DNA from: Scyliorhinus canicula | Taxonomy: Eukaryota | Direction of reading: 5' to 3' | DNA length: 64,000 nucleotides | NCBI RefSeq assembly: GCF_902713615.1 | Contig: NC_052147.1 | Coordinates: 199,665,764 to 199,729,763 of the forward strand | Shown: positions 1 through 12,454 of the stretch, one piece after another | Numbering within the stretch: position 1 is the first letter of the stretch | Layout: each line of letters opens with the position of its first letter | Position numbers and translations under genes: made by a program | The notes under the pieces: generated by a model | What the model was told of the DNA's origin: nothing | Seen by the model: the letters and a program-made list of their open reading frames with translations, nothing else | The model's database searches: none

Positions 1-3000
1 AAAAAAACTCATTAGTCAAACAAAGTCCACGATCAGTTGGTATGTTAGACTTGTGCAATCCAAAAAGAGACACTAACTTGACCTTAACTTTGTTATGGCG
101 CCCCCAGTATCTGGAGAACATGCACAGACTCTGTCTGGCAGCTCGACCCATAAAAGTGAGATGAAAAAGAGATTCCGAGCGGTTTCCACGTAATGTCGGA
201 CAAATTTCCAAAGCTCTGGGTTATACTACTGCAAACACGACAGCTTTGATGCAACAATACATTTTGGTCTTAGTAATTTATTTTCGTCACAATTATCGAA
301 CAAAATGAATGTAAAGAACATGCAGGCAGGATGTAGCACATTTATTTCCACAGGCGGTATACTATTTAAAGGGGGGGGGGGCGGTTCAGAAATTCAGCAC
401 CATACTCAGGTCTCTCCATCCCCCAAACACAGCAGCAGCAATTGGAAAAGGAGTGCCTAAGCCATTTTCATCCCATATGTAATTCAATTAGAAAGTCAAC
501 TTGCAATGCCGAAAAGCTGGGGTCTCTGTATATTTTAAATTAATGCTGGAAATAGAACTAGAAATGTCAACACGCTGATGACGGGAACATTTTCAACATC
601 AGCGAATGCATAGCTTCATAGATTTAAAAACGAAACTTATATATTGATGAATGCGCATTAAAATGTTTAGGACCTTCTAGAGACCGGCTCGACATCCTTA
701 ATTTCCGATGAATTGGCGGCTGTATTTGTTTCGCGTTATTTTCTAATGTGGCGCTTGCGGGCGTCCTTCTGATGTCTCGTGGAATCTCCCTCAGAACTAC
801 CCTTCCATACTGCAGACCTACGTGGTGTTTTTATTAGATCATAGTGCTTCTAACAAGCTCACCAAAATCAATGGCTTCCAAGTCCACATTTACGCCAATT
901 CTAACCAACTTTCGAACTAACGTAGCCGTTTTCATTGTATGTCTAAGTACATGCAATTTAATGCAAAAAGTTCAGAACACTGGTGCAATAGAATTTGATG
1001 AGAGCTGTCGTCACTTAAATACATATCTTACTTCTGGTGCAAATGGAACAGCCTTCATTTCAGAATAGCGTAGTTTAAGCGTTCTTTCACATAACACCTG
1101 CCTTTTTCAAATACACAATAGTCTCCACGGTAATAACGACTTTTCCGTCAATTTCCATCGACCAAGCATTGATGGAAAATGTAGTTCAGTGCAACGTCTG
1201 GGCTGCAGACATTTATTTCTCTGACCTGATACCAACAATCACAGGGACCAGGGGCATGGAAAGTCGCTTTCACGCTACCAAATTATTGAATGCCAACCTA
1301 GCATCAAAGTAATGTAATTAAAATAATTTAAAATGGATGTGCGCATTGTTTGCATCGTAAGTCGTATTTACATATCCCGCCTAAAAAAACATTCATTTTT
1401 GGTCTAATTCTCGATATACAGTTTATTTATTTTTTAAACTGGATATATTTAAGGCCTATTGCTAATGAACCCCACTTTCGGTACTTTCGGTAAAATGGCC
1501 AGAATGAAATCTCCATATACCATTAATCGGACCACATTTATTTGCGTTGATGTATTTCATTAAAGTTCCTTAAAGGGTCCATGAATCGCACGGTGCATGT
1601 TTAATTAATCGGAGTCCAGGCAAATGGCGGGGATAGAAGTAATGGCTGCTTCTGCCCACCCACGTCCTGATTTGCTGGAATGAGAAGCGCAGTGACTGCA
1701 ACTCATTCATTCTCGTTTACATCTTCTGCTAATGCCCAGACTCAAGTGCAAAGGCTTTCTCGACTGAGCCTCATTTTAATAAACATGATTTCTTCACGTC
1801 AAAATAAAACTTCCCACTATTAAGTTAGTTAAAAATCCGCCACGCTTGAAACCGTCAAGAAAATTGAACGAAGCGGGCATTGCCATAAAAAAGAAAGTGC
1901 AATAATAATTATCATGAGATTGATAGCACTTGACTCCATTATCTATAAGAAGAAATATTATTTCCAAAGTTCTGACCTGGTCCAAGAAATATATGTCCCA
2001 ATGACGAATGGAATCGTCGTCAACCCGTTTGAACCGAAGGAATAAAAGTCGCATTCTCGTTTCATGTGATATAAGGGACGTGGCGCCTGCATCCGGGTCA
2101 AATCATATTCAAATTACAGCACAGGATACATTATTTCATTTTATTTTATTTCCTAAAAGTTTGCCTTAATTTTTTTGTACGATAGTCACTTAATCTTTCT
2201 GACGATTAAGAATTGGAATTATTATAAATGAATACAACCTCTTACAGAGAGGGACACATAACTATTTTGGTTCGATGGAAATATGGGTGAGCTGTAACTA
2301 AAAAACAGCAACCCTCAAACTGGCGGGTTAACTGGCGTGTTACAGAATCAAAATCCAGCTGAATACAAATAAAAACGATGCCCACAGCATGTCTGTTTGT
2401 GCTATGCGGATTTTATTGATGCTCCGCTTTTGCTTTACGACTGGATTGTAATAACATAATTTGAAGCTAAATATTTGTCTCATTTAATCGGGATGAAACT
2501 TCCTTAAATGTCGCTGTTCATCCTGGGCCGAACAGCCCCAGATTTTGCACAGATTAACCTCAAGTGGATTGGTAAACTGTACGTTTATCGATCTCCCTAT
2601 CGGAAATTGGTTGACGAAAAATGGTTAGCTTGCACAGTGAAACAAACAATATTGTTCCAACAATAATGCAATGGTTTGAAAGCGATGAGCTCCGAAACTC
2701 TGTAATATGTTTAAATAGCAATTCAAACATCTCCATCCTGTAACCCATGCATGAGGTGGATATTATGCGCTCTCAATTAATCGCTAATGTATAAATATTG
2801 AATCTTATTCTGAAATGAAGCGTCGACTTAATGTTAGTGGAGTGGAAATAACTGCAATAAATCATTTGTGGAAAAAATTGCGAGGCGTGTTTCTTTATTT
2901 TTATTTTGTTCAACGTGGGCCTTGAAGGGACCCAAGGAAAGTACAGTTCCATAACAATTTATCACCCGTGTGTTTATTATTTTTAATTTCTGGCATCGTC

Positions 3001-3351
3001 GTTTATTTATTTTGTTCTATGTATCAGATCCACGTGCAATTTCACCAGAGCAACTCTGAATTCTGAAGCCGAAATATTTGCAGCTTCCAAAACACCAAAT
3101 ATATCGGGCAGTCACAGAACGTCAATAATACGAGCACCTTCCTATTCGGCTCGTTTAAATCCACACAGACCACGATCACCTATTGTGGACACGCATTGTT
3201 TGCGAAAAACAAATGCCGTGGTCCGGATAGGTATGCATCTTTATCAGATTTCCACACACTTTTCAATTAATCAGTTATCCGGCACCAACTTCACATCACG
3301 TTTACAAAACATGAGTTGTACATAAAAATGAAACATTGCTTCGTCCTTCAT

Positions 3352-3357
3352 TTTATT
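3352..3357 (-). terminator. Candidate HoxD12 polyadenylation signal
   Basis: AATAAA on minus, ~555 nt after the stop codon. Confidence 0.4.
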
Positions 3358-3911
3358 AGAACAGATTTTACATAAGGTAGAGTGCATGCATAATATTTAT
3401 ATATTTAAGATTTAAATTCGAATGTTCCATTCTAATTACCTGTTGTACTTACATTCTCAAAATGCAGAATATCTGCTTGTTACTCGAATGGACAGTCATG
3501 TGGCAATTTTTTTTTAAAATCAGGAAACAAAACCATTACAAATGTCTTTGAAACTAATAAATGATGATGAGAATACGCCGGCACGCTATTCACGGACAGC
3601 AAAGAACAGGCCACAACAAGTCAAATTTGTGCCTTGCGATTAATTTCCTGCTATAGCAAATGTTCACGAGGTATCCGTAGTTTGCATCTCAGTCCCTGTA
3701 TGTTGCTGATGTTTAAGCCAGCACGCCATGGACTAGTGGCAGTGGCAATGTAATGTTAGATTGCTGTTTTATATGACAGCCACATCAAAGGAGCACCTAT
3801 CCATTAAGACAATGGATATTCTTGATCTACATGCTTTCTGCAAGCGAGCTTAATTACCATAAAAAAGTTCAATTCACGACCTTGAGACTCACATTTGAAC
3901 TTTACTTTGGC

Positions 3912-4150
3912 CTAAAAGAGTGAGAGTGTTTGTTCGCGCATTACAAGCCTTTTCTTTTTCATGCGCCGGTTTTGAAACCAGATTTTAACTTGTTGGTCGC
4001 TCAGGTTCAGTCTGTCGGACAACTCTTTCCTCTTCTGGCGATTGATAAACTCGTTGGCAAGAAATTCATTTTCAAGTTCAGCTATTTGCTGCTTTGTGTA
4101 TGGCTTGCGCTTCCTCCTTGACCTCACTTGGGTTGGACACCAGGGCAAAC
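3912..4150 (-). CDS. hoxd12: HoxD12 exon 2 (homeodomain)
   Basis: Acceptor CTGCAG|GT gives G-LPW; [18 protein letters not shown]...[14 protein letters not shown] is a PG12 homeodomain; stop at 3912-3914; joined CDS 819 nt = 272 aa. Confidence 0.96.
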
Positions 4151-4914
4151 CTGCAGATGGAAATTAAGAAAACAAAAGGCTGAAGCAATGGAAACATTTC
4201 AACACCCTCCCCATTTCACAATAATGTAACTTTGTCAGTCTATTTTGTTACTTCAGGCGCTAACATTTTTTAACTTTGCTGGATTCGCTCTTATTGTTAG
4301 AAGCGATATTGAAACATCGACCAAAAAATATCATATTATCCACTTTGTGGTACTTAGTCTTTATAAATTAGAAGAAAAAGCATCATTGGGGAATGATTAT
4401 TTTGCCCGAGAAGCCGGTCAAATGACACAAATAAATTATTCAAATTCGCCATCCAACCATCTTATTATTCTCGAGACGTTGCAGCAGAATCGCGCCAATT
4501 CTACATTTTAACAAAAGAATGGCCCTGGGAAATTGCCTTCATAATAAAATAGCGACACATACAGTAAAGTTACCATTTCCTCATCATGTCAATGTTAGTT
4601 AAAACTCAACCTGCAACATTTGACCTTCTGATTTTAGTTTGAATTTGAATTAAATTTCGAATCATTTGACCTATCATTCATGGGCTGCTGACATGCTTCC
4701 AGTTTGTGTTTATTATCACGTCCGAATCATTTTTGTAATTAGTAGAATTAAATCCCCGCTTGTTCTAAATACAGTAAGCGCAAGGTTTTCAGGCTCGCTG
4801 TTTGGTGGTCAAATCCGTGAAATTCACGTCAGAGTGACAGGTAGCACTTTTTGCAAAGTCGGGATAATGTAGTTTTCAGAAGATGATCGCTTTATATTTG
4901 CACGGATACTATAC

Positions 4915-5494
4915 CATCGGAGGATCTGTTGCATACTGGCGTTACTGGTGACTGTAATGACACACTGAGGCTCACACTTTGCTTGATGCTATCGTTTACA
5001 GTGGGAGAGTTGGAATTCAATTCAAAGCCTTGGTTATGTAATGGCGAACCGTGCAGAGATGTTTCCACGTTTGGGTATTCGTACTTGGCAGGATTGATGT
5101 TGACTGAAGAGGGGATGCTGGTATCACTTGGGTAAGACTGATTGTGTCTGCATCTCTCCTCCGCTTTCCGGCTGCTGTCCTGGAAGTAATATTTGTGAGG
5201 CTCTTCGCCGGCAGCCGCCTTGTCTGATCCATGCTTATTGATGCTGATGGAGACTGAGTTGCTGAGGTAGGATTGAGAGTAGCCGCCAAAGGCGCGGCTC
5301 TGCGGCGGCGATGCGCATGGACTCGAAGTCCACGGGAGCGAGCACACCTCCCTGCGGGTGTAGGAGAGTGCCGGCGACAGAGTTGCCAGTTGAGTCCCAT
5401 TCGGACGCAGGTTGGCGAAATAGAATGGCTCCGGATTGGTAAAATTTAACAGGGAGCCGACATAGCCTGAATTGAGCAGATTATGCTCGCACAT
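4915..5494 (-). CDS. hoxd12: HoxD12 exon 1
   Basis: ATG at 5494; MCEHNLLNSGYVGSLLNF...FYFANLRPNG matches the HoxD12 N-terminus; donor G|GTATAG after 4915 (580 nt, phase 1). Confidence 0.95.
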
Positions 5495-8373
5495 TTCCGA
5501 GGACCGCGATCAGACCCTCTCTGTCCCCTATTTAGCTTCCAGACGGAGATAAACGAAAGCCGCTCGCTGATTCGCTCCTTGCTGGTCACAAGACAAGCGG
5601 AAACAGTTTTTTTTGCTGGAACCGCCTCCGTCCCACCACGACTCCCATCTGAAATGTCCAAGTACACGTCCATGTGCACCTTCATCCCACTCAATGGCTG
5701 TTAGTCCGACCCAAATCGCTGGAGTCAATATGGAGCATGCAAAAATAGAGCAGGAAAACAAATCTTCCACTTTAAATAAATTGGACAGTTTCGACACATC
5801 TCCAAGCATTTCGCATGACCTAAACTGATTAAATGCTATATTAATCCCATGACTTTTAAAAAATAATAAAGCTTTAAATATCCGAAATGTTCAAGTGATC
5901 TCCTGATTCTATCACATCAATTTCAATAATTCCTGAAAACTTAATAGCCACAATTGGTAGGATGATTAATTCGATAATGCATAATTGGAACTCGTGATGA
6001 TTCATAACATCCATCCGCGTGGAATAAAAATCTAACATGTTTCTTTAAAATACTATAGTCCGTTTATATTTTAGCCTATTTAATATTTATCGGCGGATAT
6101 CTCAGTAGGATAAGATCTGTCGCTTTGCGAAGGACCCCTATGTTTAAATTAGCCACGCTTTTTATTATGTTATTTTGATTCTTTGTGTTAATAAAAAAAA
6201 AACGACGAATAGGACGGTAGGCAGTGACAATGTTTTAAAGCTAAACACACGAACGTTAATGCAGATTATCTACCGGATTGAGAAAATGATTCTGCGCGAC
6301 CTAGTTAAGGAACGCTATAACATTGAAATAATAAACTACTGCACCAAATATAGCGCGATAAGACTCATTCGACTTTTCGTAAATATGGATGCATTCATAC
6401 AGCTGAACAAAGCCCTACATCAGCATAGCGTCTAATGTGATATGAACAATAGTCGTATTCAGATTCTTGCCGTTGAATACAATGATCTACGACATTATTG
6501 TTTTTTTTTTAAATCAGCAAGTTGATTATATTAATGCTTGCTCGCATTATTAGGCGGGAAGGAAAATGCCCCGATTCTTAATGGGTCCACATTCGAGTTG
6601 AATAATGTTGCACAGTTCTATTGTGCTTAACGTGTGCCGCTGCAAGTGGAAGTGTTGAGATTATATTCTGTTCTGAGTCTGTCTTCACAATACTCGCATT
6701 TCGACAATATCCAGTAAATTGGCGGTGGCTACTTTAACATAAGACCGCAACATTTTACCTTTCCTAAGATTGGCTCCTTGCTGGTCACAAGACAGATGGT
6801 CGTGGCAGAACCACGAAGCCTCGTTTTATGCTTGGGAAATGAAAATGTTGAACTAAGGTTTTGGAGTAAATACCAACATTTGCAACGCGAGTGCCGAAGC
6901 CAAAAGAAACGCGCCCCGCTTTTGCATCTTTCGAATTTCTCCAAATTTATTTTAGGCCGAATTTGCGCAATGTCTCAAATTTGACAATAATGAAAACATT
7001 AAGGGAGCTGCTGGTGAATTAACATTTAACATTAACAATGATATCAAAATGTATCGACAGCAAATCAAATTGAATAAAGTATTAAACACAATGCGCCTAC
7101 CTTCCTGAACTATGCAATTAATTCTGAGGCAAAATATGACTTTAGATAATTAAATCTCACGCCAGTTCCTAATTTTATTTCTAACATTGTGTCAACTACA
7201 GAAATGTGATATTTTAAATATTTTTATTTGTAGAATTGATAATTATTGGTCTATAAGTTAAGAATTTACTTTCCACTCTAATGTATATATACATATATAT
7301 ATTTACAATTTGACACGAATTGACCCTTTCAGTTAAAATCATGTGCAGTAAAATCAAAGCAGATACCGCCAGCACATCCTTACCGGAAAGATAAACGACT
7401 GATCGCACTCTGTCCCTTTTATGATCTCACGATGCCCTAAAAATGCCGAACCAGTTTCTATTGTAAGAGTTCCAAATCCAAGCGTAATTGTGGACAAAGG
7501 CGCTTAACCGAAGGCGGGTCTCCACCTAACACTTTATGCAACAAAAAGACTCGAAATAACTCCCAAAAAATGAAACTCCTCAGTTCAAGGTCAATGTCGA
7601 ATGGGATCAAATCGCCATTTTTTTTCAGAAATGTTAACTTCGTTTTAGTGCAAATGTGCTTTCGAATGAAAAGTCACCTCAGGTAAAAAACGAGTACCGT
7701 ATCAGGATAAACTGAGGTTTTCATTAGAACCATTATAACAAAGGTCGCAAATTGGGTTGAAAATCCACACTTTCCAGCTCCCAGGACAAACGCTGCTTTA
7801 TTGTTCCTGATTTTTTCCCCTCACTCATTTCACATATTTCAACGCAGTTTGTGAAATTTTATCATAATCTACTGAATAAAACTACAATCCAAAACATTCT
7901 GTGTTATACATGTCACAGAAACCAGTAGCAAGACTAATTCACCTAGATTCTTTTGTTTACGATATTACATCAATGCCGGGTTGTGCTTGGTTATCCGGGA
8001 TGTGAATACAAAACAGGCTAACATGTAGAAACTACAACTTGTTGAACTTGTTGCATAAATTCGGGAAAATACACTGAATGTAATTGATGCAAAAATGTTA
8101 ACCCCCAGATAATTAACAAATTGAACACCGGCGTTTGCAAACTTTACGTCGCTTTAGTTGAACTACTTACTTTTCGCGCGCTTTTCTTGAAAAACACGCA
8201 AGGCTGCTGCCTAACTCGCTATTGCAGCCTTTCAAATAAGATCTTGAAAGAAAAAAAATATCGGCCTAATTAGTACTTTTGACACTGGTTTGCAGCGTAA
8301 AGTACGAACGACCATCTTGTGGCCCGCGTTTCAGTTGTACTGTTATGTTGCATCATGTTTTATGGCGGGTTGT

Positions 8374-8386
8374 CCAGTAGATGGCG
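8374..8386 (+). promoter_or_regulatory. Candidate CTCF site between HoxD12 and HoxD13
   Basis: CCAGTAGATGGCG fits the CTCF core CCASYAGRKGGCR at every position. Confidence 0.6.
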
Positions 8387-11033
8387 AACTGGCTCTGCGA
8401 TCAGGGTAGTCCTTATTATTCATGATGCTAAATAAAGTCAAGGTCAAAGACCATAACGATAGTCAAGGTCAATGGTAAATAGAAATTTGACGTCAGATCG
8501 CTGAACATCCTTCAAAAAACGTACCTTGAAATCACGGAGCTCTGACAAACTTAATGAAAAACAAAATCAGGCAATCGGCATGCACGTGCTAAATATGACA
8601 GAATACGAAGTTTTAATTAACTTACTGAACACAAGATGCTTTTCCCTTTTCTTCTGAGGTTGACGAAGATAACTTATCCCAATGAATATGGTTGGAAAGT
8701 GTTAGCAGATGGTAAATATAGATGGCAGGGCAGGAGCATTATCACCTACTAAGGTCATGCCCATATAAATGCCGGCAATCGCACTTAGCTTAATTCTAAA
8801 CTTCATCACTCAATATTTCTATTTTAAACAGGGGACTGATGGCTCTCCTCACTTGCTAACCCTCTACACCTTCAAAAGGCTCCATTCACTCTGTTATGAA
8901 CATGCTATTCACATCACCATGTTGTGTTTTAATTACACAGCGTCGCCGACAGGGATGATACAATTGGTGTTTAAACATCTGTGCCGAGATTGCAAGGTTG
9001 CTCACCAAATTATTCATTTAAGTTGAAGATTCCTAAACGTTCGATTGTTTACGCGTTTAATTGCATTAATAATCTAACAAGATGTCGGAGGCACATATTT
9101 CGTCGTGCTTCTCTTCAAAGTTGTTCACTCGGATAACTAAATTTAACATTGTGCCAAGCAGTTTATTTACCTCCCAGTAATTTTGCGTGGCAATACTGAC
9201 AAATGATTGGAATTGTTATGCGAAATGAGCACAGCCCCCATCTTGAATTGACCGCTACATCGACAAATGGGATAATGGCGAGCAACCTGGCACTTTTTAA
9301 CGCCAGATTCCAGTGGCTAAGACCATCTTTAAAATTGAACTCACTACAGGAACCATTCTCTGCGTTCAATTTGGCCAACCCACGGGTTATTTCAAAGCAC
9401 AGCAGCCTGCAAAGAGCACATGTTTCAAACAGTTTGATTTTATATTTGCAAGATGCGCAGCAAGTGAATAGTGGAAGCATTGCGAACATAAGGTATCGTT
9501 CAATTTTTTTGAAATGATGTATTTTGACACTCATCATTTCCAGCTCCTTATAGCTTGTTAATACAATCATTCCTACTAATGCTTACGTCGTTCCGACGTT
9601 TTTATCCTCCGTCCCCAATACCGCAGCACAAAATGTGACTTATGTCCATGTATAAATTAGAAACCATTGGTATAAATATTGCTGAGCTTAATACAAAGTA
9701 TGGCGACGTGACAAAATCCAAAAATCTGGATTCATTTACAGAACAGATAAAACTTGAAGACAGTCAAAGTGTGATTTGTTTTAATATTGTACACGGCATA
9801 AATCAAAGAAAACCATGCGAGTCCATAGTTAACTCATCCTGGGAAAGAAAATGATGGACAAAATGAGAAAATGCTTGCGTTAAAAATGTACATAAACATA
9901 GAAATAATGCCGAACGTATCCACTATGTTACTCGTATAGTTATCATGATTACAATAATGAAGTAATTTAAGTATACAGCGCAACAAGTTACTAATTAGAA
10001 AACAGCTGTAAAAGTTTCAATTAAAGGCACCGCATTCAAAACGACCAAGGGGCTTTCAAATATATTAGCGTTTCTTTTGAAAATAACAGCTTTAAATGAA
10101 CAAAAGATTCAAAATGCAGAAACATAGATTTTCATATTTTAACTCATAACTTTTAAGGACATTTTAGATTTGACGAGCATTTCACTTGAGACTGAATTTA
10201 AGTGTAATGTTTACATTTACTGAGGACAACATAGAACATTCAGTGAGTAAAAGGAAAGTCCTTTCAGTATCTAGGCTAAATAATTTATTATGAAAATGAT
10301 TGTAAATTCGCTGCCGATTAATAGGATAATATATCTTATGAAATTGTACAGCAGTCAATCTGTAACTATCCCACTTATATTTAATTTCTAACTGGCACTG
10401 ATTTAAAATGGTATTTTAGCAATATATTTTCGATCATTTGCAACAGAATGGATTTTGTTGCTAGTGTATATGATTAGCGTTTGAACCCACTCGCAGTGCA
10501 GCCATTGCACCTTTTGCAAAGCACTGCTGAAAACTTAAATGTTAAATAAAAATCGCTTTGCATTAAGAAAGCTATAAATACATTCCATTTAATGTCAACT
10601 TTTGTGTTTAAATATGTTATCAGTTGTAGTCGCCATTTTATCTGCAGATTGCAAACCCTCCAGTAGCTCAGCTGAACACTCGACAAATGTACTTAAAACT
10701 GAACGAAGCATTAGTTTGCAGCAGTGTTTGCAATGTCACTCGTGAAAATAATCCAGCACGGTAACACAATACAAGTATGTGAACGTCAAGCTGATCAACC
10801 CTTTCAAGAGTGCCTTATTTCTTTGAAGGTGGTAAATGAAGTCAGATCAAGTTTTTTTTAAAGCAAAGTTTCGCACAAACGTTTTGTGGAAATTGTCAGT
10901 TTAACATGTTATCTTTGTAAATCCGAAGATGCATCTTCAATGTCTCCCACGTTCATTTAGTTCCCTTTACTAAAAGGACAACCATCACATGTAATTTACA
11001 ATGAGCGAATACTGGTTACTGATCACTGCCGGA

Positions 11034-11284
11034 TCAAGGTATATTTTCTTTGACTTTGGAAACCACTTTCTTCTCCTTAACTCTTCTGTTCTGAAACCAG
11101 ATGGTAACTTGTCTCTCGGACAGGTTGGTGGTTGTTGATATCCTTCGCCTTTTCTCCTTGGTTATGAATTTGTTTGTGGCGTATTCTCGCTCGAGTTCTT
11201 TAAGCTGGGTTTTCGTGTAAGGAACTCTTTTTTTCCTCCCTCGCCTGTAAATGTTTATATCAGTCTGATTGTGCATCACATCTC
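11034..11284 (-). CDS. hoxd13: HoxD13 exon 2 (homeodomain)
   Basis: Acceptor CTCAG|GA phase 1; [22 protein letters not shown]...[16 protein letters not shown]13 homeodomain; position next to HoxD12. Confidence 0.96.
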
Positions 11285-11636
11285 CTGAGGGGGAACATGC
11301 AAGTTAGAAGAACATTTAACTTCAAGCAGTAGCACTTCAAGGAATGTTAAAAATATAAAAATAAACCGAATATTGTCATCCCACTCTTTCGGCTATTGAA
11401 ACGTACTTTTAGCAACTCATTTGAGACATTTAGTCATATGGCCAATCCCACTTCCCAGCGCGTTAATTCACATATTATGGTTCTTCTGTGTTCCAGGTAC
11501 TATTCGTTTGAAATATATTATTTTTTAAAACCTAGCGAATTCCAGACAATATTAAACAAACCAAATGGAGGTATTTTATTTCCTTTGCATTTAAAATAAT
11601 TGTAACTTGTTTTCAGTGAAAATTATTTCATAATAC

Positions 11637-12324
11637 CTGAAAGAGGAGATTTCCAAAAATGTGGAGTCTGTGTCTGATCTTTAGGACAATACACTTGACC
11701 GTTCCAGCCATTAGCAAATGACCAAGGCTGATAGCCCTCCATGGAAATTAAGGCTTCATGCCTTGGTTCTCCGTGCCCGCTTATTGTAGGGACTACTGGA
11801 ACGTCCAAATAACCAGAGACCCGCTGGTATGGATTGGGATAGCTCTGATAAAATGCAAATTCTTTTGCCCTGGATGACACCTCGTCAGTGGGGACAGGGG
11901 TATTAGTCAAACCCGAAACGTCCATGTATTTGTCCACTGGATAACCGGCTAGGGATGCATGCGCACCAGATTTCAGTCCAGTTTGCTGGATGCCAACATT
12001 ACGACAACTGTAATAGCTGCTTCCAAAATGATAGCCGTAACTGATCGCTGGGTTTGAAGGGCTTGTCGGAGCTGGGCATGGGCTGCATTGCTTAGCAGAT
12101 TCAGAAATGACAGAATGCGTTCGATCTCCGACGGAGTAAGCGGGAGCGGAAGATAATGAGTTGTGATGAGCTCCAAATGCAGAGGGAGACAGAAAATTCC
12201 TGCATTGATTTGAAGGGACGTTCCCGCCCAGTCCTTCCATCTCCGAGTTAGCTGTGTTGTTTCTGCTGTGTAGGTACCTGATTGTATCAGTCCTCCAAGG
12301 GGCTGAAAGAAAAGAAGCTGTCAT
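11637..12324 (-). CDS. hoxd13: HoxD13 exon 1
   Basis: First ATG 12324 (MTAS...), second in-frame ATG 12240 (MEG...); PG13 motifs [42 protein letters not shown]; donor G|GTATTA after 11637. The start codon used is uncertain. Confidence 0.93.
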
Positions 12325-12353
12325 ATCACGAGCCACTGCAAACTAAGTACTGC

Positions 12354-12454
12354 TTTATAAAAGCAGCCTCGGGAGTGAGAAGAGGTGCTTATTTTCACTG
12401 ATTAGAGTGTGCACTGGCCGACTGAAACCTGATAGGTCGATTCTGGCCACGTGA
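12354..12454 (-). promoter_or_regulatory. HoxD13 core promoter (TATA box and E-box)
   Basis: TATAAA on minus at 12359-12354; CACGTG at 12448-12453. Confidence 0.6.

Noticed and set aside
96-113. Partial CTCF-like motif (ACTGGGGGCGCC on minus); weaker ones at ~23797 and ~34704
   Set aside because: 5' half of the core mismatched; cannot be supported without a PWM score or ChIP data.
1-3900. HoxD11 or Hox microRNAs (miR-10, miR-196)
   Set aside because: No homeobox or mature miRNA sequence seen; HoxD11 should lie just left of the window.
9163-9570. 135-aa and 104-aa overlapping ORFs between HoxD12 and HoxD13
   Set aside because: No recognisable domain or splice context; consistent with chance ORFs.
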